Source: Polyangiaceae bacterium
Lineage (GTDB): Bacteria; Myxococcota_A; Polyangia; Polyangiales; Polyangiaceae
DNA length: 64,000 nucleotides
NCBI GenBank assembly: GCA_044376115.1
Contig: JBILLK010000004.1
Location: 192,001 to 256,000, forward strand
Direction: 5' to 3'
The notes under the pieces were generated by a model. It was not told the DNA's origin and made no database searches. It worked only from the letters and a program-made list of their open reading frames with translations. The first letter of the stretch is position 1. Each line of letters starts with the position of its first letter. Positions 50,540 to 60,206 of this stretch are shown in pieces. Both the position numbers and the translations under genes were made by a program.

Positions 50540-53194
50540 TCAAACCGTCGGGGGCTGCAGAACGGAAAGCAAACGCTGTTCAATCTCGAGCGAGCGCGGG
50601 CCCGGCCGCACCTTCGAGCCGTCCGCCTCAGTGACGTAGAACACGTCCGCGATGCGGGTACCTTCCGTGTTGATCTTGGCGACACGGATCGACAGACCGA
50701 GCTCGAAAAATGCGTTTGCTATCGAGAACAAGAGGCCCGGACGGTCGAGCGTCGAGACCTCGATCACGCTCTGATTCGATGAGGCGCGATGGTCGATCGC
50801 CACACGCGTTTTCACCTCTGGGCCCGAGCGTTTGGGCCACGTCTTGCGTCTCAGAATCTCTTGAGGCGAGAGGCCACCGTCCAATAGCTCGGTGAGCGCC
50901 TTTCGAACGACGGGCAAGGCGCGTGGAATCGCCTGGGCTCCCTCGAATCGACCCTGCACCCAAAATAAATCGACGGCCGTTACTGAAGTTGGGCTGCGTC
51001 GCGAGTAGACCTGAGCGGCCAGCACGTCGAGGTTTGAAGCGCTCAACGCGGCAGCGATCTTGGCCAAGAGGCCCGGCCGATCTTGCGCGACGACGCAGAG
51101 TTCCGCGGCCTCCGGGTGACTTGAGGGTACGATCTCGATCGAAACCGGCTCGACGTGTCTCCTCACCACCGAGGAGTGAGCAACCACGGCGGGTGCCGAA
51201 CTGGAGGCGAGGTATCGATCTGGCATTGTTGCGAGAAACTCAGGGAGGAACGCCAAATCCTCATCGCGGTTCGGCTCGTCGACGAGGTACCCCTCGGCAA
51301 AGCTCACAATCTCCTTCCGCAACCGCTCGGCGCGCCCAGTCTCACCCCCGGCACCGGTAAGGAACGCATCGGTCGCGATGAAAAGCTCGTCCAACATGTG
51401 AGCCTTCCAAGAGGTCATCGACGTTGGGCTCGTGGTCGCGACGTCGACCACGGTGAGCAGAAACAAGTTCCGGAGCGTGTCGCAATCTGCCACGGCGCCC
51501 GCCAATTCCGACAATGTCGACTCGTCATCGACATCTCGGGCCGTTGCCAAGCGATACATCGTCAAGTGCTCGCGGATGAGGTGGGCAGCGGACGCCATAT
51601 CCTCTTCGCCAAAACCAAGACGGGCGAGGATCCCGGGGGCTACTTCTGCGCCACGGAGGCTGTGATCCTTGCGACCGATCGCCTTGCCGACGTCATGGAG
51701 CAGCACGGCGAAAGCTAGCGCTGGGTAGCGCACGACCTCCGCGGCCAATCGCGACGCGAGCGGGTGCTCTGTCGTCAACTGCCCGCGTGAGAGCGCCGCC
51801 AGCCGGTCGACTGCAGCGACGCTGTGAACATCGACCGTATACACGTGATAGACGTCGTGGTGGACCCGACCAACGAGAGGCAGGAACTCCGGAATCATCG
51901 CGGTCAGCAGACCTAGTTCGTGCATCTCGCGCAGAGGGCTACCTTTCTTGAGGCTGGTCTCTTTTCGAACTGAAACGAGTTCAACGAACAGCCGAGCCGC
52001 CTCGGGGTCCGCGCGCAACCGCTCGCAAAAGGCCTGTTCGCTGCTGAGCCGCATGACCGCTTCACGCGCAAAGGCGTACAGCGGTTTGTCGTGTTCCACC
52101 GCCGTAGCAACCAACCTGAGCGCGAGCGCCGGATCAAGCTCCAATGCCGCAGAGTCAGCGAACGTGACAGCGCCATCAAACAGCCGAAACCCGTTGCCTA
52201 GGTCCTCGTCCTTGGGACGTCGCTGATTCACGCACGTCGCGCGAGTGAACATCGAAGATACCGCCCGAGTTACCACCCTCGCGCCCCTGTAGTAGTCGCT
52301 CATCATGCGCTCGACGGCTACTCCGTCTTCGCCAAAACCAAGCCCGCGCGCGATCAACTCTTGCTCGTCGAAGGTGAGCCGATCGCTGCGTCTTCCAGCA
52401 TGAGCGTGCAGTAGGTGTCGAATCGACCATAGCCGCTCTTGAGCCTCCGCAACCTCCTTCGCTTCACGCGGGACCAGCGCCCCCACCCGCACCAGATTGG
52501 CGAGTTCCCCGCCGCCAAATCGAGCAGCGGCGGCCCAGCGGAAGATGTCGAGATCGCGCAGGCCTCCTGCGCCGTTCTTAACGTCCGGCTCCAATAGATA
52601 GACGCTGTCACCAAACCGCTCATGCCGTCGCTCGACCTCTGCCGCGAGCCGCGCACCCCAGCGTTCGAGCTCACTGGTCGAAAACAGGCTCCCCGACACA
52701 CGCCACACGAATTCGTCGGAGAGCGCTCGGTCTCCCGCCAAGAAGCGCCAATCGAGCACGCTGGTGGCGGTCGCCAAATCCTCGCGTGCAAGGTCCACCA
52801 CGTCCGACAACACGAGCGTTTGGTGCCCGACCGTCAGCCCCGCATCCCACAAGGGGTACAGCACCGCCTCCGACACCTGCTCCGCTTCCGCCTGCGACCT
52901 CGCGAGAAAGCGCAAATCCAAGTCGCTGCGCAAGGCCACCGCGCCGCGGCCGTAGCCGCCAACAGCTGCCAAGGCCACACGCCCACCATTGAGTGGGCGG
53001 AACGTCTCGAGCAGAAGTTCGTCGTATAAGCCCGAGAGTTCGCGCGCGAGCTGCATGCCCCATTCAGCACTGGCCGCTACATCTTTTCGCCGCGCTTGGA
53101 GCGCCTCGTCCGATACAAATCGAGTTTCGAGTTCGGCCCTTCGGCTCTGGATCAAGCTTTTGAGCGCTGGTACGGCGACAACTCCCGTGCTCAT
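50540..53194 (-). CDS. glnD: PII uridylyltransferase/uridylyl-removing enzyme
   Basis: AVGGYGRG...SDLD, EPDVKNGAGGLRD, YHVYTVDVH, LLHDVGK, two ACT domains (DRPGLL). Confidence 0.95.
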   Translation of the reverse strand: MSTGVVAVPALKSLIQSRRAELETRFVSDEALQARRKDVAASAEWGMQLARELSGLYDELLLETFRPLNGGRVALAAVGGYGRGAVALRSDLDLRFLARSQAEAEQVSEAVLYPLWDAGLTVGHQTLVLSDVVDLAREDLATATSVLDWRFLAGDRALSDEFVWRVSGSLFSTSELERWGARLAAEVERRHERFGDSVYLLEPDVKNGAGGLRDLDIFRWAAAARFGGGELANLVRVGALVPREAKEVAEAQERLWSIRHLLHAHAGRRSDRLTFDEQELIARGLGFGEDGVAVERMMSDYYRGARVVTRAVSSMFTRATCVNQRRPKDEDLGNGFRLFDGAVTFADSAALELDPALALRLVATAVEHDKPLYAFAREAVMRLSSEQAFCERLRADPEAARLFVELVSVRKETSLKKGSPLREMHELGLLTAMIPEFLPLVGRVHHDVYHVYTVDVHSVAAVDRLAALSRGQLTTEHPLASRLAAEVVRYPALAFAVLLHDVGKAIGRKDHSLRGAEVAPGILARLGFGEEDMASAAHLIREHLTMYRLATARDVDDESTLSELAGAVADCDTLRNLFLLTVVDVATTSPTSMTSWKAHMLDELFIATDAFLTGAGGETGRAERLRKEIVSFAEGYLVDEPNRDEDLAFLPEFLATMPDRYLASSSAPAVVAHSSVVRRHVEPVSIEIVPSSHPEAAELCVVAQDRPGLLAKIAAALSASNLDVLAAQVYSRRSPTSVTAVDLFWVQGRFEGAQAIPRALPVVRKALTELLDGGLSPQEILRRKTWPKRSGPEVKTRVAIDHRASSNQSVIEVSTLDRPGLLFSIANAFFELGLSIRVAKINTEGTRIADVFYVTEADGSKVRPGPRSLEIEQRLLSVLQPPTV

Positions 53195-54483
53195 GAGGCG
53201 GCGAGCACGCTCTGAAAGCTGCGAATGCTCTGCGCAACGTCTGCGGAGCCCGCCATCTCTCGGCACGAGTGCATGCTGAGCATCGGTGCGCCAACGTCGA
53301 TGGTTGCCACGCCGATGCGTGCGGCGGTGATATTGCCGATCGTGCTGCCGCAGGGAAGATCGCTGCGCGTGACGAAGTGCTGGAAGGTCACTCCCGTGTC
53401 GCGTGCGGCGAGAAGTAGCCGCGCCTGCGTCTCGCCAGTCGTTGCGTACGACTGATTGGAGTTGGTCTTTATCACGAGGCCCTTGCCGAGCTCGGGCACG
53501 TGATTCGACTCATGGACCTCGGAGTAGTTGGGATGCACCGCGTGGGCCATGTCAGCCGAGACCAGGAACGACCGGGCCACGGCTCGCTCGAAGCCGTTCT
53601 TCTCGTTGTCGTCGAACGAGTCGGCGATGCGCCGTAGCGTTGCCTCGAGGAACGTTCCCTGCGCGCCCACGGCGCTGCGCGAACCACATTCTTCGTGGTC
53701 GTAGAGAACGACGAGCTGGGTGCTCTTGGTCGGCGGTTTGGATGCACGGTCAACCAGCGCCCTGGTCGCCGCGTGGCAACTGCCTAAGTTGTCCAGCCGG
53801 GGAGCGAACACCAGCTCTCCTTCCAGTCCGCCAAGCGAGCTTTTCTGTGTGTCGTAGAGCATCAGGTCAAAGCCCAGGATGTCGCCACGAGGGGCGCCAA
53901 GCTGCTTTGCCAGTAGGCTGACGAGATCGCTCTTGTCGCCAATCCCGAGCAAGGGAGGGAGATGCTTCTGCGCGTTGAGAACGTTGCCTTCGGTGTTGAC
54001 TCCCCGATTGAGGTGGATGGCCAATTGAGCCACCCGCGCCACCGGCTTCTCTAGGTCGACCAAACGCGAAACGACGCCCTCCGAACTCGCCAAGCTCACC
54101 CTGCCGGCCACCGACAGATCGCGGTCGAGCCAAGTTGAATAGATGACACCGCCGTAAGGCTCGACGGCCAGCTGCCGATAGCCTTTTTGATGTACATCCG
54201 GCACTGGTTTGAGCCTCAGATTTGGCGAATCGGTGTGGGCACCAATCATGCGATAGCCACCGCTCGTCGGCGGCTCGGCCCCGACGATGAACGCGACCAC
54301 GCTTCCTCCTCCGCGCACGACGTAGTGCTTACCGCCGGGGGCGAGCAGCCAAGCCTCCCGTTCGTCGAGTTCGCTGAAACCCGCCTGCGACAGTCGGCGG
54401 GTGACCTCATTGACGGCGTGGTAGGGAGTTGGTGAACGATCGATGAAGTTGCACAGATCCAGGGCGTCAGCGTCGTCGAACAT
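53191..54483 (-). CDS. M18 family aspartyl aminopeptidase
   Basis: SPTPYHAV, AHTDSP, RLDNL, DHEE, DMAHAVHPNY, LSMHS. Confidence 0.93.
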   Translation of the reverse strand: MFDDADALDLCNFIDRSPTPYHAVNEVTRRLSQAGFSELDEREAWLLAPGGKHYVVRGGGSVVAFIVGAEPPTSGGYRMIGAHTDSPNLRLKPVPDVHQKGYRQLAVEPYGGVIYSTWLDRDLSVAGRVSLASSEGVVSRLVDLEKPVARVAQLAIHLNRGVNTEGNVLNAQKHLPPLLGIGDKSDLVSLLAKQLGAPRGDILGFDLMLYDTQKSSLGGLEGELVFAPRLDNLGSCHAATRALVDRASKPPTKSTQLVVLYDHEECGSRSAVGAQGTFLEATLRRIADSFDDNEKNGFERAVARSFLVSADMAHAVHPNYSEVHESNHVPELGKGLVIKTNSNQSYATTGETQARLLLAARDTGVTFQHFVTRSDLPCGSTIGNITAARIGVATIDVGAPMLSMHSCREMAGSADVAQSIRSFQSVLAAS

Positions 54484-54500
54484 GCGATAAGACGTAGCAG

Positions 54501-55655
54501 TTGGTCTTGAATTCCCCCAAGCAGAAACCCCTCACGGTCCGCACCTTCGGCAGCTTCAGCGAGCTGTCGCCTCACTATGCTGCCGTTTCCACGCGGGGAA
54601 ACCCGACGCTTTCAGCGGCCTGGCTGTCTGCGCTGGAGAGCACCGGCTGCGTTTCTGAGGAGCGCGGCTGGGTTCCCAATCATATCGGCGTCTTCGAGGA
54701 CGAGACGCTGGTGGCTGCAATGCCCGCGTACGTAAAGTTCAACAGCGAGGGAGAGTTCATCTTCGATCACGCCATTGCGCGCGCAGCACCGCAGTTCGGG
54801 GTGCGGTACTTCCCCAAGCTTCTGATCGCGGTTCCCTTTACGCCGGCAACTGGCCCGCGCGTCCTCTACGCCGAAGGCACGCCTCCAGAGCGGGCTGAGC
54901 TAGCAGCCGCCGCGGCGCTCAACGCTCTTCTGCAACAGCTTCCAGTCTCGAGCGTGCACATGCTCTTCGCCGAAAAAGCGGTTGCTGAGCGGATGCAGAA
55001 CGGTTGGCTTTTGCACAGACATAGCCTGCAGTTTCATTGGCGGAATCGCAACTTCGAGTCCTTCGAGAGCTTCTTGGCGACGTTACCGTCGAAGCGACGC
55101 ACCAACATCCGCCGAGAACGGCGGGCGCTCACGGAACAGCAGATTCGAATCGAAAATGTACGAGGCCAAGCGCTCGAGGCGCGGCACGCGGACCTCGCGT
55201 ACGAGCTCTATCTGACCACCGTCGACAAGTTCATGTGGGGTCGGCGTTACCTCAATCGCGCGTTTTTTGAAGAGGTCATACACACCATGCCCGAGGCGAT
55301 CGACCTGGTGCTCGCGTTCGAGCGCGATGCAAACACCCCAATCGCTGGGGCGTTCAATCTGCGTGGCGCAAATACGCTCTACGGGCGGTATTGGGGGACG
55401 CACAAGGAGGTTCCGTTCCTGCACTTCAACGTGTGCTTCTACCACTCGATCGCGCGCTGTATCGAGGAGGGCGTGCAAACATTCGAGCCAGGAGCAGGAG
55501 GCGAGCACAAGCTCGCGCGCGGCTTCGAGCCGACGATCACCCACAGCCTCCACGCCTTCCGAGAGCCGCGGTTGAGCGCAGTCGTTGACGACTATTTCAC
55601 TCGAGAGCGCGCGCTTCTTGCTTCGGAAATTGGTGGCGAGGCTGCAGACGGTTGA
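54501..55655 (+). CDS. GNAT/FemAB-like protein (DUF482 type)
   Basis: SEGEFIFDH, YFPKL..AVPFTP..GPR, LYGRYWG, LHFNVCFY, GAGGEHKLARGF. Confidence 0.88.
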   Translation: MVLNSPKQKPLTVRTFGSFSELSPHYAAVSTRGNPTLSAAWLSALESTGCVSEERGWVPNHIGVFEDETLVAAMPAYVKFNSEGEFIFDHAIARAAPQFGVRYFPKLLIAVPFTPATGPRVLYAEGTPPERAELAAAAALNALLQQLPVSSVHMLFAEKAVAERMQNGWLLHRHSLQFHWRNRNFESFESFLATLPSKRRTNIRRERRALTEQQIRIENVRGQALEARHADLAYELYLTTVDKFMWGRRYLNRAFFEEVIHTMPEAIDLVLAFERDANTPIAGAFNLRGANTLYGRYWGTHKEVPFLHFNVCFYHSIARCIEEGVQTFEPGAGGEHKLARGFEPTITHSLHAFREPRLSAVVDDYFTRERALLASEIGGEAADG

Positions 55656-55688
55656 CGAGTGCCGCCGTTGTTCGCCATGCTTGGGGGC

Positions 55689-56216
55689 ATGAGTTCACTT
55701 ATCGCCACGAGGCTTACTTCGTCCCTCACCTTCGCCGTCGCGAGCTTGCTGGCGTGCGGAGAAGCGGTAACCACGCAGAACGACAGCTCGGTCAACGTGA
55801 CGGTTGGGGATCCGCCGATCCAGAACTGCAACGGCGACGCTCCCGACGGTTTTTGCAACATCGAGGGCGGTAAGCCGGAGACGTGCTCGTGCTTCGACTG
55901 CGTCGAGCACCCTGTGTGCCTCAACCTTTGCACCAACGACGGAGAGTGCTCCTCCAAGGAACTCGAGGGCGGCTGCGCCTGCGCCGATTGCGCGCAGGAG
56001 TGCATGACGACCAGCAGCTCGGAGGCTGGTCCTGGTCCGGGGCCGGGCGGTGGTGGTGCTGCGGGTGGTGGCGGCGCGGCAGGTGGTGGCGGCGCGGCAG
56101 CCGGCGGTGCTGCCGCAGGCGGCGCTGCGGCAGGTGGTGCAGCAGCTGGCGGAGCCGCAGCTGGCGGAGCCGCAGCCGGGGGTGCTGGTGGAACGGCCGG
56201 GGCTGGCGGCGTCTAA
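55689..56216 (+). CDS. Cys-rich lipoprotein with Gly/Ala repeat tail
   Basis: Lipobox LLAC; two C-x-C-x-D-C motifs; (GGAAA)n tail. Confidence 0.75.
   Translation: MSSLIATRLTSSLTFAVASLLACGEAVTTQNDSSVNVTVGDPPIQNCNGDAPDGFCNIEGGKPETCSCFDCVEHPVCLNLCTNDGECSSKELEGGCACADCAQECMTTSSSEAGPGPGPGGGGAAGGGGAAGGGGAAAGGAAAGGAAAGGAAAGGAAAGGAAAGGAGGTAGAGGV
56045..56210 (+). repeat. Coding GGAAA/GGGGAA peptide repeat
   Basis: About 15-bp degenerate units encoding GGAAA with varied synonymous codons. Confidence 0.8.
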
Positions 56217-56263
56217 TCAAGGCGCCAAGCACACGGACCATGGAGGGCCGCGGATTGCGGCCT

Positions 56264-57565
56264 TCAGCCTTTCGAAAGACCCAGTTTGCGAATGAACGGA
56301 CGGATGTGGTGGCGCTCCATCCCGCTGCGACGGGCCATTTCGCTAACGTTCCCGTTCGTCGAACGAAAGAGGTCGCCGAAGTACTTCGCCTCGAACTGAG
56401 CAATCGCTGAGCGCTTAGCCTCACCGTAATTGGTCGAACAGTCGAGCACCTCAGCGCTGGTTCCACCGCGCTCGAGCGGAAGCAGCTCGGTCAGCGTCTC
56501 CGCCGCGCGCGGCAGGCTCGCAGCGACGCTCGTGACATTGACCAGCTCGCGCACATTGCCTGGCCAGTCGTGCTGCGCAAGCGTGCTCATCACCAGCTCG
56601 ACCACGTCATCTGCCCGCTCGGGCCGGCCAATACGCTCGCACGTCGCGATCACCAGCGGCGCGATATCTTCACGGCGATCGCGCAAGGGCGGAAGCTCGA
56701 TACGGACCTGCGCGATGCGGAAGAAAAGATCGGAGCGAAAGCGGCCAGTGTTCATCGTATGGCCCAAGTCACGCCGCGTGGCAGCGATCACCCGCACGTC
56801 CACCGGCTCGTAGTGCTGGGCCCCTACCCGCTTGACCTGCTTCTCGGAGAGCGCACGCAAAAGCTTGGGCTGCAGATCAATTGGCAACTCGCCGAGCTCG
56901 TCGAGGAAGATCGTTCCCTTGTGGGCCTCGTGGAACGCACCGGGTCGCTTCTCATTAGCCCCGGTGAAAGCGCCCTTCTCATGACCAAACAGAAGACTCT
57001 CAGCCAGCGGTCCGGGAATCGAACCGCAATCCACCGTGATGAACGGCCCCTTGCCACGTCCGCTGCGACCGTGAACGGCATGAGCAACCAACTCCTTGCC
57101 GCACCCTGTCTCGCCGTTGATCAACATCGACAAGTCGGTCGGAGCGATCTCCCCGAGCAGCCGAAAGAGGTGTCGCATCCGCGGCGAAGAACCCACGAGA
57201 GGACCGAATCGGTCTTCAAATCCGACGTCGACACGCTCCTTCTTCTCGACCGGTTCAAAGGCAATGCGCGTAGCGCCAACCTGCAACGAGCAAGACGCCG
57301 TAAGCACCCCTTCGCGAATGCGGACCGAGTTGACGAAGGTTCCGTTGCGACTGCCGAGGTCGCGAACCAGCACTCCCTGGCCGTCGGCGCGCACCTCACA
57401 GTGGATGTTGCTCACCTCCGGATCGTCCACCGTGATCTTACAGCTTGGATCGCGACCGATCAGGATCGGCTCGACCGAGATCCTTACGGGCGCAAGGCCA
57501 TGCGGAGTGAGAGTCCCGCCACGAACGAACCATTGCAGCGTACTTGTGCGTGTCGCTTCCGACAT
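56264..57565 (-). CDS. FHA-domain sigma54-dependent enhancer-binding protein
   Basis: IGRD, VSNIH, GSRNGT FHA motifs; GETGCGKE, GAFTGA, WPGNVREL, HTH. Confidence 0.93.
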   Translation of the reverse strand: MSEATRTSTLQWFVRGGTLTPHGLAPVRISVEPILIGRDPSCKITVDDPEVSNIHCEVRADGQGVLVRDLGSRNGTFVNSVRIREGVLTASCSLQVGATRIAFEPVEKKERVDVGFEDRFGPLVGSSPRMRHLFRLLGEIAPTDLSMLINGETGCGKELVAHAVHGRSGRGKGPFITVDCGSIPGPLAESLLFGHEKGAFTGANEKRPGAFHEAHKGTIFLDELGELPIDLQPKLLRALSEKQVKRVGAQHYEPVDVRVIAATRRDLGHTMNTGRFRSDLFFRIAQVRIELPPLRDRREDIAPLVIATCERIGRPERADDVVELVMSTLAQHDWPGNVRELVNVTSVAASLPRAAETLTELLPLERGGTSAEVLDCSTNYGEAKRSAIAQFEAKYFGDLFRSTNGNVSEMARRSGMERHHIRPFIRKLGLSKG

Positions 57566-57747
57566 GCTGAAGACCCTACCACGACCAACGCGAAGCTTCG
57601 GTTTTCAAGCTGCGTCCAAGGGACTGGTGTCGCACCGAACAGCGTCCAGTCCCCTGGACGTGGAAATGTTCCCCGCGAACCTGTCCAGGCGGATGCCCCA
57701 AGGTAACGATCCGCGGCAAATTTGACCTGCCTTGGGGAATAAAGGTT

Positions 57748-57763
57748 CGGCACGGGTCCTGCT
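57748..57763 (+). promoter_or_regulatory. Sigma54 -24/-12 promoter
   Basis: CGGCACGGGTCCTGCT: GG-N10-GC with GGCACG, about 40 nt upstream of ATG 57802. Confidence 0.75.
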
Positions 57764-57801
57764 TAAGGGGAATCGTTCCGTCAACCCTACGAGAGGCCCC
57801 C

Positions 57802-60195
57802 ATGCGGAGAATGTTACAACGAGCTTCGACGCACCTTTGGATGAGCGGCATGGTAGCCGCCACCGCAGCGCTAGCTCTTGGATTCGCCGGTTGCCAGGAC
57901 GACACCGAAGGTGGTCTCGTCGGCAGCACGTGTGTTTCCAACGCCGAGTATTTCTCGGTTCAATACTTCAAGATAATCAAGAAAGAGTGTGGCGACTGCC
58001 ACGCGTTTGGTGGCCAAGGCGCGAAGGCCAGCGACTTCGACCTCGCCCCGTCCTCGCAGGCCGGCTTCCTCGATCTCAACCTTGAGAACGTTCGCAAGGT
58101 CGCTGGAATCACTGATGCCGAAGGAAAGCGAGTTTTCCTCGAGAAGCCGCTCGGCAACATGGACCACGGCGGTGGCCCGATCTTCAGCGGCGTCGAGGAC
58201 CCGAAGTACAAGCAACTCGAAGAGCTCGTAAACCGACTCGACGCGAGTGACAGCTGCCCCGACACCGAAGCACGCTTCCTCGCAGGAACGCGGATGCTCG
58301 GCCCGTCGGCGCTGGTTCGCAAGGCCGCTTTGGTTCTCGCGGCCCGCCTTCCCACGCAAGAAGAGCTCGACATTGCCGAGAAGGGTGGCTGGCCGGCTGT
58401 CGACAAGATCCTCGACAACTACATGGAGGAGCCCGCCTTCTTCGCGCGTCTCAAGGAGAAGTACAACGACGAGATGCTCACGGACCAGTACGCCGATCCG
58501 GACGAGATTGGCGCGATCGAGAGCGACAACTACTCACCGCGTTGGTGGGATGACGAAGCCTTCTTGAACAACCCGGCGAACATCACCAAGTACGGCGCTG
58601 AGAACTCTGAAGACCTTCGTAACAAGGTTGCGAGTTGGACTGCCCGCGGGATTGCGCAAGCTAACCTGGAGCTCCTCGCTTACATCGTTCGAGAGAACAA
58701 GAGCTACCAAGAGGTCGTCACCGCCAACTACATGATGGTGAACCCGTTCTCAGCTCGTGCCTTCAAGATTCCGACGGCCGACCAGAAGTTCGTCAACGAC
58801 GCCGATCCGGATGAGTTCATCCCGGTGCGCCTTGGCGGCTACGAGAGCGAATACCCGCACGCCGGCATGCTCTCGGACCCGACTTGGCTGCAGCGTCACC
58901 CGACGACCGCTACGAACCGCAATCGTCACCGCGCGAAGGAGGTCATGCATCTCTTCCTTGGTAACGATATCCTCAAGGCCGCCGAGCGTCCGCTCGACAT
59001 CGACGAGGAGCTGCTCGGGACGAATCCGACGCTGAACGCAGAGTTCTGCGCAAACTGTCACGCTTTGCTCGACCCGATCGCGGGCACCTACCAAAACTTC
59101 CAACCCACCTTCGAGAACGACGACGACGTTCAGTTCGGCTTCAGGGCGGAAAGTGATTGGTTCCCGGAGATGGCGGAACCTGGCTTCGGCAATGAGGTTA
59201 TGCCTGGGAAGGACCGTCGCCGAGCGACGCAGTGGCTCGGCGGAAAGATCGCTGGTGACCCGGCGTTTGCCTACGCAGGCGTATTCATGGCCTACCGCGC
59301 CCTCACCGGCAACGACCCGCTGCCCGCCCCCATCAACGCCAGCGAGGAAAACTTCGATGGCAAGCTGACCGCTTACCTCGGTCAGTATTACACGTTCGGA
59401 CAGATCGCGAAGAAGTTCGAGGCCAGCGGCTACAACTTCAAGTCGATGGTCAAGGACGTCGTCCTGAGCCCGTACTTCCGGGCCGAGAACGCTGCAGCTG
59501 ACATCGCGGACAGCCAGCTCGCCAACCTCAACGGAGTTGGGACCGCCCACCTCCTCACGCCAGAGCAACTCAACCGCAAGGTTACCAACGTGCTCGGGAT
59601 GCGTTGGACCCCCGGCGGAGACGTGTTCGGCTCGCCCAACCTTCTCACCGACGGTGGTGGAGAGGGCTTCAAGATCCTCTTCGGCGGCATTGACTCGGAC
59701 AATACGACCCTCCGCGTCACTGAGCCCAGCGGCATCATGGCGAACGTCATGGAGCGCATGGGTCTCGAGATGGGTTGCCGTGTCGCTAACGCCGAGTTCG
59801 CGTTGCCGCAAAGCGAGCGCCGCTGGCTCAAGTCGGTTGAGATGGCGACCGAGCCGCGCGACGTCAACGGCTACGAGATTGCCGGTGACATCCAGAAGAT
59901 CAAGACGGACATGGTGTACCTCCACGAGCGGCTTTGGGGCGAGAAGCTCTCCCCGTCCGATCCGGAGATCACCCGAACGTACAACCTCTTCGTGAGTGTT
60001 TGGGACCACGGCAAGAAGAACATCGTCCCGGTAGAAAACCAGTTCCCCGGTCAGTGCATCAGCGACCGCAACTACCTAACGGGTGTGACGCTGGACGAGG
60101 CCTCGAGGGTGGTCGACGACTCGCTCTACACTGGGCGTGCTTGGTCGGCGGTCTTCGCCTACATGCTCACGGATTACAACTTCGTTTACGAGTGA
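57802..60195 (+). CDS. Large lipoprotein with two CXXCH heme-c motifs (DUF1588/1592-like)
   Basis: Lipobox FAGC; CGDCH and CANCH; RLPTQEE, HAGMLS and TNRNRHRA motifs. Confidence 0.85.
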   Translation: MRRMLQRASTHLWMSGMVAATAALALGFAGCQDDTEGGLVGSTCVSNAEYFSVQYFKIIKKECGDCHAFGGQGAKASDFDLAPSSQAGFLDLNLENVRKVAGITDAEGKRVFLEKPLGNMDHGGGPIFSGVEDPKYKQLEELVNRLDASDSCPDTEARFLAGTRMLGPSALVRKAALVLAARLPTQEELDIAEKGGWPAVDKILDNYMEEPAFFARLKEKYNDEMLTDQYADPDEIGAIESDNYSPRWWDDEAFLNNPANITKYGAENSEDLRNKVASWTARGIAQANLELLAYIVRENKSYQEVVTANYMMVNPFSARAFKIPTADQKFVNDADPDEFIPVRLGGYESEYPHAGMLSDPTWLQRHPTTATNRNRHRAKEVMHLFLGNDILKAAERPLDIDEELLGTNPTLNAEFCANCHALLDPIAGTYQNFQPTFENDDDVQFGFRAESDWFPEMAEPGFGNEVMPGKDRRRATQWLGGKIAGDPAFAYAGVFMAYRALTGNDPLPAPINASEENFDGKLTAYLGQYYTFGQIAKKFEASGYNFKSMVKDVVLSPYFRAENAAADIADSQLANLNGVGTAHLLTPEQLNRKVTNVLGMRWTPGGDVFGSPNLLTDGGGEGFKILFGGIDSDNTTLRVTEPSGIMANVMERMGLEMGCRVANAEFALPQSERRWLKSVEMATEPRDVNGYEIAGDIQKIKTDMVYLHERLWGEKLSPSDPEITRTYNLFVSVWDHGKKNIVPVENQFPGQCISDRNYLTGVTLDEASRVVDDSLYTGRAWSAVFAYMLTDYNFVYE

Positions 60196-60206
60196 GAGGT
60201 ACAGCC

